From Stramenopiles sp. TOSAG23-2 (lineage: Eukaryota): 38,093 bases of DNA. Below, piece after piece: positions 13,201-22,600 of this stretch. Within the stretch, counting starts at the first letter, position 1. Every line of letters begins with the position of its first letter. The DNA is taken from NCBI GenBank assembly GCA_900128395.1, contig LT649319.1, positions 1-38,093 on the forward strand. Direction: 5' to 3'. Position numbers and translations under genes: made by a program. The notes under the pieces are model-generated. The model searched no databases. It was not told the origin of the DNA and saw nothing but the letters and a program-made list of their open reading frames with translations.

Positions 13201-16200
13201 ATTATGATTTACTCACTGGAGATGTACTTTTAGCATCTGCGTTTATTTCCTACATTGGACCATTTACGAAAGAATTTAGGGAGCATTTGCTTGCTAATTG
13301 TTGGACTCCGTTCATGCAAACTGCAGCTAAGCCATTTATTGAGAAGTTGACAGAAGATGAAACAAAAGAACTAGAAGAAAAATGGAAGGAAAAGATGGCA
13401 AAAGAAGCGGAGAACAATCCAGGCGCTGAGGATGATGATGGCAAAGAGAAAAAGTTTGAATTGTCGCCTATGATCCCAATGACGCCGACTGCTGATCCGT
13501 TGAAAATCTTGACATTCGATGCAGAAGTTGCTAAATGGCAATCACAGAATCTTCCATCTGACAAAGTATCTACTGAAAATGCTACTATTGTTTCTAATAC
13601 GGATCGATGGCCTGTACTTATCGACCCTCAATTACAAGCTATTGCATGGATCAGAGAGAAGGAAAAGGAAAATAATTTAGATATAGTACGTCTGGAAGAA
13701 AAACAAATGCTTAGAAAATTAGAAAGGGCTATGGAAAATGGAGAAAGTATAATGCTTGAAAATTTGAAAGAAAGCATTCCTGCTATATTGAACCCTGTCA
13801 TTTCAAGAGCTACTGTAAAAAAAGGGCGTAAATTCTATGTGCGATTAGGGGACGGAGAGGTTGAGTTAGGACCAAAGTTCAAATTATTCTTGCATACGAA
13901 GCTCAGTAATCCACATTTCCCACCTGAAATTCAAGCAGAGTGTGCTTTGATTAATTTCACGGTTACTCCATCAGGTTTAGCTGATCAGTTGTTAAACCTT
14001 GTCGTAAAAATGGAACGGCCAGATTTAGCTGAACAGAGGTTATTTTTAATTCAGCAACAAAACCAATTTAAAGTGCGAATGAAAGAACTGGAAGATTCTA
14101 TTTTACACAAGATTGCAACAGCAGAGGGTGATATCACGGAAGATCGAGCATTGATCGAAGGGCTAGAAAACACGAAAGAGATTGCTAATGATATTGGAAG
14201 GAAGCAGATCATTGCAGCCAAAACTGCAGAATCTATTAACGTAACCAGTGAAAAATATCGTTTAGTCGCTGCAAGAGGATCTTTGCTGTTTTTCTTGTTA
14301 AATAGTTTGTTTAAAATGCATACATACTACATCTATAATCTAGAAGCATTCATTGATGTAATGAAACGTAGTATAACAGCCTGTGGCGAACCAGATGACA
14401 TTTTAAGACCTAAAGCAGAGCCTATGTCGCCAGTCGAGGAAGCTCCAAAAAAAGAAGGAGAAGAAGGAGACGATGCAGATCCAGAGGCAGAGCCAGAGGA
14501 TACAGGACCAGATCAAAAGACCATCGACCGAGCAATCCGGGCAAGATGTAAACAATTGATAATGGAGATTCAAATGCAAGTTTTTAATTACATGCGTCGT
14601 GGCCTATTTGAATCAGACAAACTTGTAATTAGCACGCTATTAACGTTGAAAGTTATGATAGCTGAAAATGATTTAAATCCTAGAATGGGAGCAGCATTAG
14701 TTAAACAAGTAACGAGTGATGACATGGAGATTCCAGAATCATTATTGGAAATTATTGATGAAAAAACGTTCAAGGGTGTAGCAGGCTTAGAAAATGCATT
14801 CCCAAAAATATTTTCTGGTTTCGGAGAAATTATGTCAGATATGCAAGAAGATTATGCAAAATGGTTAAATCTTGAACAACCGGAAACAAAAACCATTCCG
14901 GGGTACAAAGATATCAATGAATTTACTAAATTGCTTCTCTTGAAATTATTAAGACCAGATCGTTTGGTAACTGCGTTGAGGCAGTTTGTTGGAAATCAGC
15001 TTGGAGAAGATTACGTTACTCAGCAACCATTTCAAATGATGAAAGCCTTCGAAGAATCTGACTCTAGGGCACCTATATTTTTTGCCTTATTCCCAGGTGT
15101 TGATCCAACCAATTGGGTTGAAGATATCGGGCAGGAACTAGGTTATACGCTTGAAAAGGGAAACTTCATAAACATATCAATGGGGGAAGGGCAAGAGCCT
15201 ATTGCTGCTGCTGCATTGGAAAAATTAACAACACATGGTGGTTGGATTTTCTTACAAAATTTGCATTTAATGGAGCATTGGACGCCTACTTTAGAACGTA
15301 TACTAGATGAATATTTCGCTAGCGACACGTTGCATAAAGATTTCCGTGTGTTCCTGTCAGCTGAACCTCCCGTCTTTTCCTTTTTGAAGAATTTGCCTGA
15401 ATTTTTGATGATGCGAGCCATTAAAGTTTGTAATGAGTCCCCTTCGGACATTAAATCTAATATGCGTGCAACGTGGGCAGAATTTAATGAAGATAGAATC
15501 TCTTCAAACAAGCAGGCGAAAAATTTCCGAGGGTGCTTGGCCACCTTGTGCTTCTATCATTCAGTTATTTTAGGCCGTAGACGTTTTGGTCAACAAGGCT
15601 GGAGTCGAGGATACAGTTTCAATTTAGGTGATTTAAATTGTTGCGCAAATGTGCTTGAAGATTATTTAAATGAGCAAGATATTATTCCATGGGATGATTT
15701 CCGCTACATTTTCGGCCAAATTATGTATGGTGGTCACATTACAGATTCCTGGGATCGCCGTACAAATGAAACGTACCTCGACTTTTACTATGAAGAGGGC
15801 ATTTTCAAACATAAGGAAATTGCACCTGGTTATAAAGCACCAGATGTAGGTAAATTTAAATATGATGGTGTTCTTGACTACGTTGAAAGAAAATTGCCAC
15901 AAGAAACCCCGATGATGTTTCAAATGCATCCAAATGTAGAAATTGGTTATTTAACTACGACACAAGCGAAAATTTGGTCCGACGTGGTCGTTCTTGGTGG
16001 TTTAGGTGGGACGCAAGCTGGAATTAAGAAAGATGAAGGAGTTAGCGTCGGCGTAGACGTTCCAAGTGTTATTGAAGATTTCCTAGAAAGACTTCCAGCA
16101 GATTATAATATGATTAAAATTATGGTCAACGTTAAACCGTTGCTAGAGGAAACGGAAGGACCATATTCCTTACTTTTAGTGCAAGAATTAACCCGTATGA

Positions 16201-16994
16201 ACGTCTTGTTATCGTACATGCGTAAATCTTTATTGGATTTGCAAAAAGGTTTAAATGGAGAATTAAATATGTCCGATGCAATGGATGACTTACAAGAAGC
16301 ATTATCTATTGAGCAAGTGCCAGGTAGAAATCCGTTCCATAAAACGTCTTGGGAATCACGAGCATGGTGGTCACAGAAGCCTTTAGCCGGTTGGTTTAAT
16401 GAGATGTTGCAAAGAAACGTACAGCTTAATAGTTGGGTAAAAGCATTGGTTTTACCAACATGCACTTGGTTCAGTGGTCTTTTTAATCCGATGGCATATT
16501 TAACAGCAGTAATGCAAGTTACTGGACGTAGACAAGGTTATCCATTAGACCAAATGACAACTGAGTCGCATATTGCTATGATTACGGATATAGAAAAGGC
16601 AGATTATTATCCTCCAGATGGTGCATTTACACATGGTATTTTCTTAGAAGGTGCTAGATGGGGTGCTTACTATGATGAAGATGAAGGTGATGGCGATCAA
16701 GATACATATGAAATTGCTGGAGTCAACTGTGGTGGGCATTTATGCGATAGTAAATTGAAGGATTTATTGCCGTTATTGCCTGTTGTATATTTCAAAGCAG
16801 TTGTTGTTAGAGATACATGGGAGCCAACGAATGTTGGTTACATGCGTCACAATCCAACAATCTACGATACACCATTGTACATGACAACTTTTAGAGGACC
16901 TACGTATACCTCATTGTGCACGTTGAAGAGTGTCGATCCTACATGGAAGTGGACCTTGGCAGGTGTTGCAATGATTTTACAGGAGGATGAGTAA
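4287..16994 (+). CDS. Axonemal outer-arm dynein heavy chain, kelch-containing type (Chlamydomonas alpha/ODA11-like; Tetrahymena DYH5-like)
   Basis: Single 4235-aa ORF. It has N-terminal kelch repeats (R-x-x-H, FGG, ND-x-W), then an IPT/TIG domain (GSIKGGTNITLTGIGF) and a filamin-like Ig domain. Four P-loops follow (GPAGTGKT, GPPAAGKS, GPAGCGKT, GVGGSGKR), with WGCFDEFNRL, HYDWGLRA, a coiled-coil stalk/MTBD and the C-terminal RGPTY...W.LAGVA motif. Confidence 0.97.
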   Translation: MSTPPPLVWEKVTPKTSFRPPRRSGHTITSVDEFLFLFGGCIYDDGFERSESKARTSNSLFTYNIDMNEWKQPKIGSNEVPAPRWHHTCTRFENKLVVFGGFQDDAKRLNDVWVLDTRAYKWSQPIKLKSESEISPDTTLRNRLGPTPLPRGEHASAKIGNKLYVFGGYGGLGFARRDFNDMYALDTETWSWERIEYAKIELGEDDEDDEDEEALNPEPPARAGHKMDAIGDTKLVVHGGWSNKEQFNDVWIFDVVTRRWEELVWDEEAPSGPARWSHGAVVIDAIPDPQLYIWGGLTGALSTGKKPSGTYMNDTRLYNITNQTWKELPFQKKFRGRCDTPLTYRQKTGNFYVFGGWSNKWYNDLWKADMNSIIGPPYHVTKVEPTFGSIKGGTNITLTGIGFNDTRNVKVQFDAGDAYQNEEAFGVYVSDTEIKCETPNLEAFLNKTGRVCNISVSLDGQIHTIYNVNFEFFTVTSAVHSAVFGPALLNGVPTGQRSEFTIITRDKFGEIRKYGGDEFTVLVQRVVPQAEIDAEKEEEEGEEKEDDEDESGSDSDDESDEEEEGEKKEEEEEERLEDIECTIVDSGNGSHIVSFFPEKTGEYRITPSYDGTFGGNPGPLCEPVTVRVVDGAGFDENYGLMTGDAYKKVLNDMIKGFSQKIKGYEIILGRTVEEGDVKSLLDCKSTIFAVQSGQADMHKLFEDCKMAVHYLHEQGNDMSTESKYITSSENLWKVLTSKAPDKAKEIKTAEKATGKHVQGELDTYVHESKDYRYNFGVTPDFWRWDITYAEALQAIEKYETGHKMKTNEFNRWYELSIVFDKEDQLQQTKKAMKFIDNTLMAIRDLWSVINSIRGEYDEVSQELWDELDPEAMEAQSKRMVKTVRKMPRDVRGHDAFDGIADLAKNYMTVVPLIAAILHPSMRPRHWDQMRKAAKKDFEDPLQNPKQKLKQIMALDMHLFAGEVEDISDQALKEEKMEKQLAILKENWACVEWVEEQYQEGSDIYMLRIGEDDFEMLENDQLTVQGMMGSRFLATFEKEVTTWQKELAGISENSNLISEVQRLWSYLEPLFIGSEEVKKELAEDAARFVQIDMDVKSILKEARKTKSIIRAANKEGLFEHLESTEKGLNICKRSLMDFLDQKRTQFPRFYFTSEADLLDILSNGNVPTKIAHHVTKVYLKVKAFQIDERNPKERPWVPRFFSTCGGEKVTLNQEIQLLGKPEVYLQTFLDAMTETLKIKFHECWKYAQELSRVDWLMEQVPDPLEKNETHADPRSPAQLTLLCSFIQYVVDCEQAISSGKLKQFNQAQRKDISDLVNITINPKLTKNERQRVMCMITMDAHNRDIVAKLIREEVDRVDHFLWQSQLKPRRDPENDNLPTYTVLNGFFPYGFEYIGNDGRLVVTPLTDRIYVTSTVGLYLKMGVAPAGPAGTGKTETVKDLSMNFGYTIYVFNCSPEMDYISMGNVFKGLGATGSWGCFDEFNRLRVEVLSVVTVQFKALCDGLKADQHKVTIEGDTVALIHSVGVFITMNPGYIGRAELPEGLKALFRPMTVMVPDLVLICENMLMAEGFQEATALASKFYGLYSLLNDLLSKQLHYDWGLRAVKSVLRVAGGFKRQEPDVDEQIILCRALRDFNTPKIVAQDWVIFFGLLGDLFPGIDPPRKRDMALEDCVAQACEEKGLWKDEYFQRKCVELSELLAIRHCVFVMGPPAAGKSETWRTLAKAQTIGGQKTKVQDINPKSITPQELYGYITLATREWKDGLLSKIMRDMGNESDENPKWIIMDGDLDTNWIESMNSVMDMNKTLTLASNERIPLKPHMKMMFEIRDLRFASLATVSRAGVLYISTDGGEQWRALISSWVDNKSKFGASTAVQNVLHALFKEYCADTLHYLKAECKSIVPLEDMAYIMSLLYMLDTMVNEEYFETLSKLDDEKEIRTTFEPRFVFAGVWAFGASMFEFEGTDYSEKFSKWWMGKFKNVRLPTRGSVFDLYLDVENEEGDTFIPWAQSKYFYPVKYKAGTPMDSITIPTPESSANAHWLVSLMHMTKPVMIVGPAGCGKTQLISGMLGQEDEAVRKSATINFNFYTSSQALQDTITSKIVKRVGSNFGPAGKAKMVFFVDDFNLPEVDIYDTQSAIALMRQVIEYQRWFDRIKLGPMNIQDCQYIAAMNPTAGSFYLNPRLQRHFVTMAMDLPGATSLLTIFTTYLDGHLQKFNDDIKGIAPNLIQGALEVHNLVINTFRKSAVNFHYEFNLRHLQNVFQGLLMSTPKAFKDPSKFVQLWCHESERIYSDRLVNTDHIAKFSELIKTCAKKKFSSFNADISALYADKDPKPLIFTPFAKGTSDLVYNQAKSMKKLTAICNKTLDSYNESNAAMNLVLFEDAVKHVCRIGRIISNASGHCLSVGVGGSGKRSLARLAAFSLGFGLKTITINQTYGLTDLKEDLQKFYKDAGVKNLGTLFLFTDSQITNERFLVYINDLLASGNIPDLYQQEEKDEIINECTKAAKESGLVPEPEIVWEFFMTRIRKNLHVCLCFSPVGEAFRSRALKFPALINSTVIDWFQPWPEKALIGVAQEFLGEEELGEPYMKQAIVSFMPYAFTNVNDIAKDFLEVEKRSVYTTPKSFLECIKLYKTLLEKKREQAMKSIERLENGCLKLNQTAASVQKLSDDLAIMLAAAEVKKNNSEAIAAKVAIEKDSAQEETAKADLEKQKADEIEADVTRRQAAAKEVMDKAQPAVDAAMAALDTLNKKDLGEAKTMNKAPEGVAPVFAAVAQLLCGMPDASNGDIASISENIVIKKSGAVKDESWAASKKSCLTDIAGFLRALLAYKECIEANEPPDANFKHIRKYIKDEGFDADIIRVKNSAAAGLCAWVQNIVIYRDIHVEVEPLRIELEECNVRLQGARESLASAKERLGKLQELLDKLKEESDQAEKDKAEAIEQVEKGEAKLDLAQRLTRALDSEGGRWMANIKVLESDYDLLTGDVLLASAFISYIGPFTKEFREHLLANCWTPFMQTAAKPFIEKLTEDETKELEEKWKEKMAKEAENNPGAEDDDGKEKKFELSPMIPMTPTADPLKILTFDAEVAKWQSQNLPSDKVSTENATIVSNTDRWPVLIDPQLQAIAWIREKEKENNLDIVRLEEKQMLRKLERAMENGESIMLENLKESIPAILNPVISRATVKKGRKFYVRLGDGEVELGPKFKLFLHTKLSNPHFPPEIQAECALINFTVTPSGLADQLLNLVVKMERPDLAEQRLFLIQQQNQFKVRMKELEDSILHKIATAEGDITEDRALIEGLENTKEIANDIGRKQIIAAKTAESINVTSEKYRLVAARGSLLFFLLNSLFKMHTYYIYNLEAFIDVMKRSITACGEPDDILRPKAEPMSPVEEAPKKEGEEGDDADPEAEPEDTGPDQKTIDRAIRARCKQLIMEIQMQVFNYMRRGLFESDKLVISTLLTLKVMIAENDLNPRMGAALVKQVTSDDMEIPESLLEIIDEKTFKGVAGLENAFPKIFSGFGEIMSDMQEDYAKWLNLEQPETKTIPGYKDINEFTKLLLLKLLRPDRLVTALRQFVGNQLGEDYVTQQPFQMMKAFEESDSRAPIFFALFPGVDPTNWVEDIGQELGYTLEKGNFINISMGEGQEPIAAAALEKLTTHGGWIFLQNLHLMEHWTPTLERILDEYFASDTLHKDFRVFLSAEPPVFSFLKNLPEFLMMRAIKVCNESPSDIKSNMRATWAEFNEDRISSNKQAKNFRGCLATLCFYHSVILGRRRFGQQGWSRGYSFNLGDLNCCANVLEDYLNEQDIIPWDDFRYIFGQIMYGGHITDSWDRRTNETYLDFYYEEGIFKHKEIAPGYKAPDVGKFKYDGVLDYVERKLPQETPMMFQMHPNVEIGYLTTTQAKIWSDVVVLGGLGGTQAGIKKDEGVSVGVDVPSVIEDFLERLPADYNMIKIMVNVKPLLEETEGPYSLLLVQELTRMNVLLSYMRKSLLDLQKGLNGELNMSDAMDDLQEALSIEQVPGRNPFHKTSWESRAWWSQKPLAGWFNEMLQRNVQLNSWVKALVLPTCTWFSGLFNPMAYLTAVMQVTGRRQGYPLDQMTTESHIAMITDIEKADYYPPDGAFTHGIFLEGARWGAYYDEDEGDGDQDTYEIAGVNCGGHLCDSKLKDLLPLLPVVYFKAVVVRDTWEPTNVGYMRHNPTIYDTPLYMTTFRGPTYTSLCTLKSVDPTWKWTLAGVAMILQEDE

Positions 16995-17566
16995 ATAAAT
17001 TTATAATATTTGAGTATATTTTAAATATAGTTTATACGCATAAGAAGTATCATATATTATTTAATAGTAAATTGTAAAATTGCAAAAATATTTTATACTT
17101 TGTATCATACCGACTTTGTAGAAAAAAAAGAAAAAGAAGAGTATACTTCTCATAATATATAATGTACACGACTAAAAAACACTTTAACTTTTTTACTCAC
17201 ATCATTATATATACACACACACTGTATTATCCTGATTCCCACGTCGCCAATAATCCAAAATTTCTTACGAAGCGTTCGTACTCTACACACCACTCACACT
17301 CATACGAAGTCGTATAATCACATAATTCATTTTATCCTCATACCACGCATTTTACAATTTATATATATTATTCAAATATAATATATATATCACCACTCTC
17401 TACACACACCTTCTCTTTTTCCTTTTTTCTCCCCTTCTTTTTATTTTAATTTTTTAATCAAGAACGAATTATTTTATTACATCTCATCTGAAAAAATATA
17501 CGACGTATATCATATATATATATCATGAGACGACCATCATGATTTTGTTTACTTTTTTTTTTTTTT

Positions 17567-18814
17567 TTAAACAACTGCACTTGTTTCAGCATAATATTCA
17601 TTAGCTTTTTCATATGCATCCTTCAATAATGCAAAACGTTCTGGACCACCTCGTTCACTTTGATTTGGATCATGTTTTGCAGATAATTTTTCCCATAATT
17701 CTTCCCTTTTTTCATCATCTTCTGGCCAATTAGATTGCCTTGCAAAACGTACAGCTTGATCCCAGCTATTTGCTTGAATACCATTAGGCTGCAATTTCAC
17801 ACTACCATCTGCTTTATTTTTTTCCAATATTTTACCAGCTTCTTTACTAACCATCACTACTGGGATGGTAACAAAATTTGATTTCGAATCGCCACCAAAC
17901 ATACGTGATAAGCTAATGTCCGTATTTACAACCAACACACCAATTGCACCTGCTTTTTCCGCATTATGCGCCTTGTTTGCAAATAAACAATCTCCCCGTT
18001 GTACAATTGCAAATTTACCTTTCATGTCCTCACCATTTTTTAACTCATCACATGCAGTATATGGATCTGCTATAGCATATTTTTGTGCAGTTTTCGGGAT
18101 TGGACCACCAAACATAGCCGTAAGAAATTCATGTGTATATCCATTGGATTCTTCCAATTGTATCAACCCACCTTCAATTTCTTTCTCCGGCTCTGGCAAT
18201 CCTTTCACATTCCCATCTGCATCAACTTCTACTTGTTCAGCACATGTTCCAGCTATTGTCGTCACACCTTTCACAACTACTTCTCCAACTACACGCACTT
18301 TTGTTTCAGTTGGATTACGTGATACAATATCTTTCAAAGCATCACCATCAGATTGTCTCACCATGACTACTGGGATACTGACATCATAATCTTTTTTCAT
18401 TTTAATTACACCAGGTGGCATACGTATTAATCCAGGTGCATTGTTTGCTACTACTGCAGCGACGGCACCAGCTTTTTCCGCTACAATAGCTTTATCGTTA
18501 AAGGAACAGTTGCCACGTGTCATTAATGCAATTTTACCTTTAATATTAGATGTATCCTCCAAAAGTTCACAACCAATACCCAAGTCCGCTACTTCAAAAC
18601 CGTCTAAATTACAATTGTATTTACCACCAAATTTAGCACGAAAGAATTCATACGATACAACACCGCCTGAAATATAAATATGTCCCCACATAGGTTCACC
18701 ATCTGGATCAGCTACAGCAACACGACATGATACTTGTTGTATATTATGAACGAATATATTAAAAATAATCAACAATATTACTATACCAATTGTTTTGAAA
18801 TTTGTTGCCAACAT
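17567..18814 (-). CDS. Secreted or membrane-targeted protein with two PA (protease-associated) domains and a C-terminal J-domain-like segment
   Basis: Likely start is ATG 18814 (MLATNFKTIGIVILLIIFNIFV, signal-peptide-like); the upstream 38 codons are TA-repeat UTR-like sequence. Two PA signatures: KGKIALMTRGNCSFNDKAIVAEKAGAVAAVVAN...IPVVMV and KGKFAIVQRGDCLFANKAHNAEKAGAIGVLVVN...IPVVMVS. Confidence 0.85.
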   Translation of the reverse strand: MLATNFKTIGIVILLIIFNIFVHNIQQVSCRVAVADPDGEPMWGHIYISGGVVSYEFFRAKFGGKYNCNLDGFEVADLGIGCELLEDTSNIKGKIALMTRGNCSFNDKAIVAEKAGAVAAVVANNAPGLIRMPPGVIKMKKDYDVSIPVVMVRQSDGDALKDIVSRNPTETKVRVVGEVVVKGVTTIAGTCAEQVEVDADGNVKGLPEPEKEIEGGLIQLEESNGYTHEFLTAMFGGPIPKTAQKYAIADPYTACDELKNGEDMKGKFAIVQRGDCLFANKAHNAEKAGAIGVLVVNTDISLSRMFGGDSKSNFVTIPVVMVSKEAGKILEKNKADGSVKLQPNGIQANSWDQAVRFARQSNWPEDDEKREELWEKLSAKHDPNQSERGGPERFALLKDAYEKANEYYAETSAVV

Positions 18815-19619
18815 CCTGTGATGACGATGAATATAGATATATATATATGAAAATATAATAAAAAAATAATATATATATATATGGATTGAACGGGTCGATT
18901 TATTTAATTTTTGTTCTTGTAATAGCATATAAGTTCTATATCTAGGTACTAGAGTTGTTGTTTTGAAAACAATTTAAATTATTTAAAAAAGTTTGAATTT
19001 TCGATTATTATTTTTTGTGCATTTTCAAGCGGCGGCGGCGAGAAAGAGGAGGAGGTGCAGAGGTATTTTTTGATTGGTTTAAATTCGGCTCTTTATCTTA
19101 CTTGGTATACTATAATACTAGTCGTCTAGCTATTATAGATAGATAGCTACGGGCTACGGTAGTATGGTAGTTAGTATATATTAATTTCATTAATATATTT
19201 ACCTATATCGCTTGGTCGCTTGGTTAAGACTATTTTTTTCCTCGTACTCTCGTACTCGTGTTGGAACTTGAAATTTCTTTTCCCTGCTATTTATATTCGG
19301 TTGGTATCGAGCAATCGAGCAAAAAGTCTGTGAGCATGACATATACCTGATTAATATTTTACCAGAATGTAATAACAACACTGTTGCACTCTGGCACTGT
19401 TTATGTTGTGCACTGCCACATCATTTAATGTATTATACACTGACGACTATAAGAAATAAGAAGAACAACAAGATGATGATTGATGATATTAATATCTTTA
19501 AAGAAAAATATTAGAAATATTGGATGGAAAATGTAAATATATAATAACACTATTATTACATATTATTATTATCATTTTAGATATACTAAATAAGAGATAG
19601 ATATACGGCGTGCGTAAAA

Positions 19620-22600
19620 ATGAATAATGCTGAATTTATTGAGAGAATGAGTGGCATTTTATCTACCACTAATAAAGATGATGACTCGAAAAAAGATGCA
19701 TTGATACGACTGAGGGCCATAGTAAACTTTGAGATTACAAAGTTATCTACCGAACGCCCAAAATCAAATTATGATTTTTCTACATTACCTGGTATTGATG
19801 ATATTTGTGTAAAGACAATCATACCATATCTTAGTAATGATGTTCAAGCGTTAGTTAATATGTTTGGAAGAACCACTAAACGATTTCTTACTGTATCAAC
19901 AGTGCATGGTGCATATTATTGCATTGTTTTACCGATAAAATATGGTGGTATTCCCGGGAAGGAATTGATACATGGTTGCAAAAATGGTACATTAACATTA
20001 AAAGATGCAAATTTCTTAGTGAACACGTTAAAACGTTCAATCAAACTTCGTGAAGACAATTATTTAAAGAGGAATTGTTTACACTTTGCAGGAATCAAAG
20101 GACATTTATCGATTGTACAGTTTTTGGTGGAGGAATTTAAAATGGATATAGATGTAAAGGATGGTATAAGTAAGCGCGTTACGTATTTAAGCGCGTTTTA
20201 TGGGAAGGTGGATGTAGCAGACTATTTAGTAACAAAAGGTGGTGATTTGCGTGTCAAAAACAAAGGGTTGTTGAATGGATTGAAGAATCGTTATAACAAA
20301 GAATTTCCAAGAGGTACGCCTTTAGTAGTTGCATGTGAATTTGGACGTTTGGAGGATGTGAAAATATTGATCACAGCAGGCCATGTTGGGAATGGTAGTA
20401 GCAGTAATAACATGACATTGAAAGAGATGGTGAACCAAGTCGGTAAAAGTAGTAGTTATGGTCGTGAATATACACCATTAGCAATAGCCGTAAACAACAA
20501 ACATCAAGTAATTATTGATTATTTGGTAGATATTGCATATGCTGATGAAACAGAATTATTTAGGAAATATATGAAACAATTTCCAAGAAGTACGCCATTA
20601 GTGTGTGCGTGTCAAAAAGGACGTTTAGAGGATGTGAAATTATTGATTACAGGCCATGATGATGTGAATGGTAGTAATGGTAATAATAATAATATGACAT
20701 TGAAAGAATACGTGAATCAAAAAGGTATAGATGATAGTGGTTTTCGTCAGTATACACCTTTAGGAATAGCCATAAACAACAAACATCAAGTAATTATTGA
20801 TTATTTGGTAGATATTGCATATGCTGATGAAACAGAATTATTTAGGAAATATATGAAACAATTTCCAAAAAGTACGCCATTAGTAGTTGCATGTCAAAAA
20901 GGACTTTTAGAGGATGTGAAATTATTGATTACAGGCCATGATGATGTGAATGGTAGTAATGGTAATAATAATAATATGACATTGAAAGAATACGTGAATC
21001 AAAAAGGTATAGATGATAGTGGTTTTCGTCAGTATACACCTTTAGGAATAGCCATAAACAACAAACATCAAGTAATTATTGATTATTTGGTAGATATTGC
21101 ATATGCTGATGAAACAGAATTATTTAGGAAATATATGAAACAATTTCCAAGAAGTACGCCATTAGTGTGTGCGTGTCAAAAAGGACGTTTAGAGGATGTG
21201 AAATTATTGATTACAGGCCATGATGATGTGAATGGTAGTAATGGTAATAATAATAATATGACATTGAAAGAATACGTGAATCAAAAAGGTATAGATGATA
21301 GTGGTTTTCGTCAGTATACACCTTTAGGAATAGCCATAAACAACAAACATCAAGTAATTATTGATTATTTGGTAGATATTGCATATGCTGATGAAACAGA
21401 ATTATTTAGGAAATATATGAAACAATTTCCAAAAAGTACGCCATTAGTAGTTGCATGTCAAAAAGGACTTTTAGAGGATGTGAAATTATTGATTACAGGC
21501 CATGATGATGTGAATGGTAGTAATGGTAATAATAATAATATGACATTGAAAGAATACGTGAATCAAGTTGGTAAAGATAGTTATGGTCGGGAATATACAC
21601 CTTTAATGGCAGTCGGTAAAAATAGTAGTTGCGGTACGGTAAGATATACAAAAGACCAAGCTATTATTGATTATTTATTCTCCATTTTGCTAGATGGTGT
21701 AACACTTAATACAAACACATTGACTGATATTTATATGAAAGCAGTTCCAAAAGGTACGCCATTAGTATGTGCATGTGAATTTGGACGTTTGGAGCATGTG
21801 AAAATATTGATCACAGCAGGCCATGTTGGGAATGGTAGTAGCAGTAATAACATGACATTGAAAGATATGGTGAACCAAGTCGGTAAAAATAGATATGGTA
21901 CTAAAAGTAGAAATGGTATTAAATTTACACCTTTAATGATAGCTGTAAACAAAAAACATCAAGTAATTATTGATTATTTGGTAGATATTGCATATGCTGA
22001 TGAAACAGAATTATTTAGGAAATATATGAAACAATTTCCAAAAAGTACGCCATTAGTAGTTGCATGTCAAAAAGGACTTTTAGAGGATGTGAAATTATTG
22101 ATTACAGGCCATGATGATGTGAATGGTAGTAATGGTAATAATAATAATATGACATTGAAAGAATACGTGAATCAAGAAGGTAGAACTAGTGGTGGTTATG
22201 ATCGTACCCCTGTTAAAGCAGCAGCAAGGAATGGTCACTTTGAGATAGTACATTACCTCATAAAACATGGTGCGAATGCAGCGGATAATACGCCATTAGT
22301 CTGTGCATGTGAAAAAGGACGTTTAGAGGATGTGAAACTATTGATTACAGGTCATGATGATGTGAATGGTAGTAATGGTAATAATAATAATAATAATATG
22401 ACATTGAAAGAATACGTGAATCAAACAGGTAAAGATAGTGGCGGTTATAATAATATACCTTTATCTGCAGCTATCGAAAACAACCATACAGACATCAAAA
22501 TGTATTTAATTGAGCATGGTGCTGACTTACATAAATCATATAAAAAAGAATTTCCACGCGGTACGCCATTAGTGTGTGCGTGTGAAAAAGGACGTTTAGA

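Noticed and set aside
4395-16465. Many short antisense or alternate-frame ORFs within the dynein gene (and likewise within other long CDSs)
   Set aside because: Shadow ORFs from codon bias (e.g. poly-Ser opposite poly-Glu/Asp) with no recognisable motifs.
18815-18928. N-terminal 38-aa extension of the PA protein
   Set aside because: Encoded by TA-repeat UTR-like sequence; ATG 18814 gives a proper signal peptide.
20491-21567. Repeat array as CRISPR or a diversity-generating retroelement target
   Set aside because: Units are 282-bp in-frame coding repeats with no repeat-spacer structure. No cas gene, reverse transcriptase or non-coding template copy is present, and differences are not adenine-specific.
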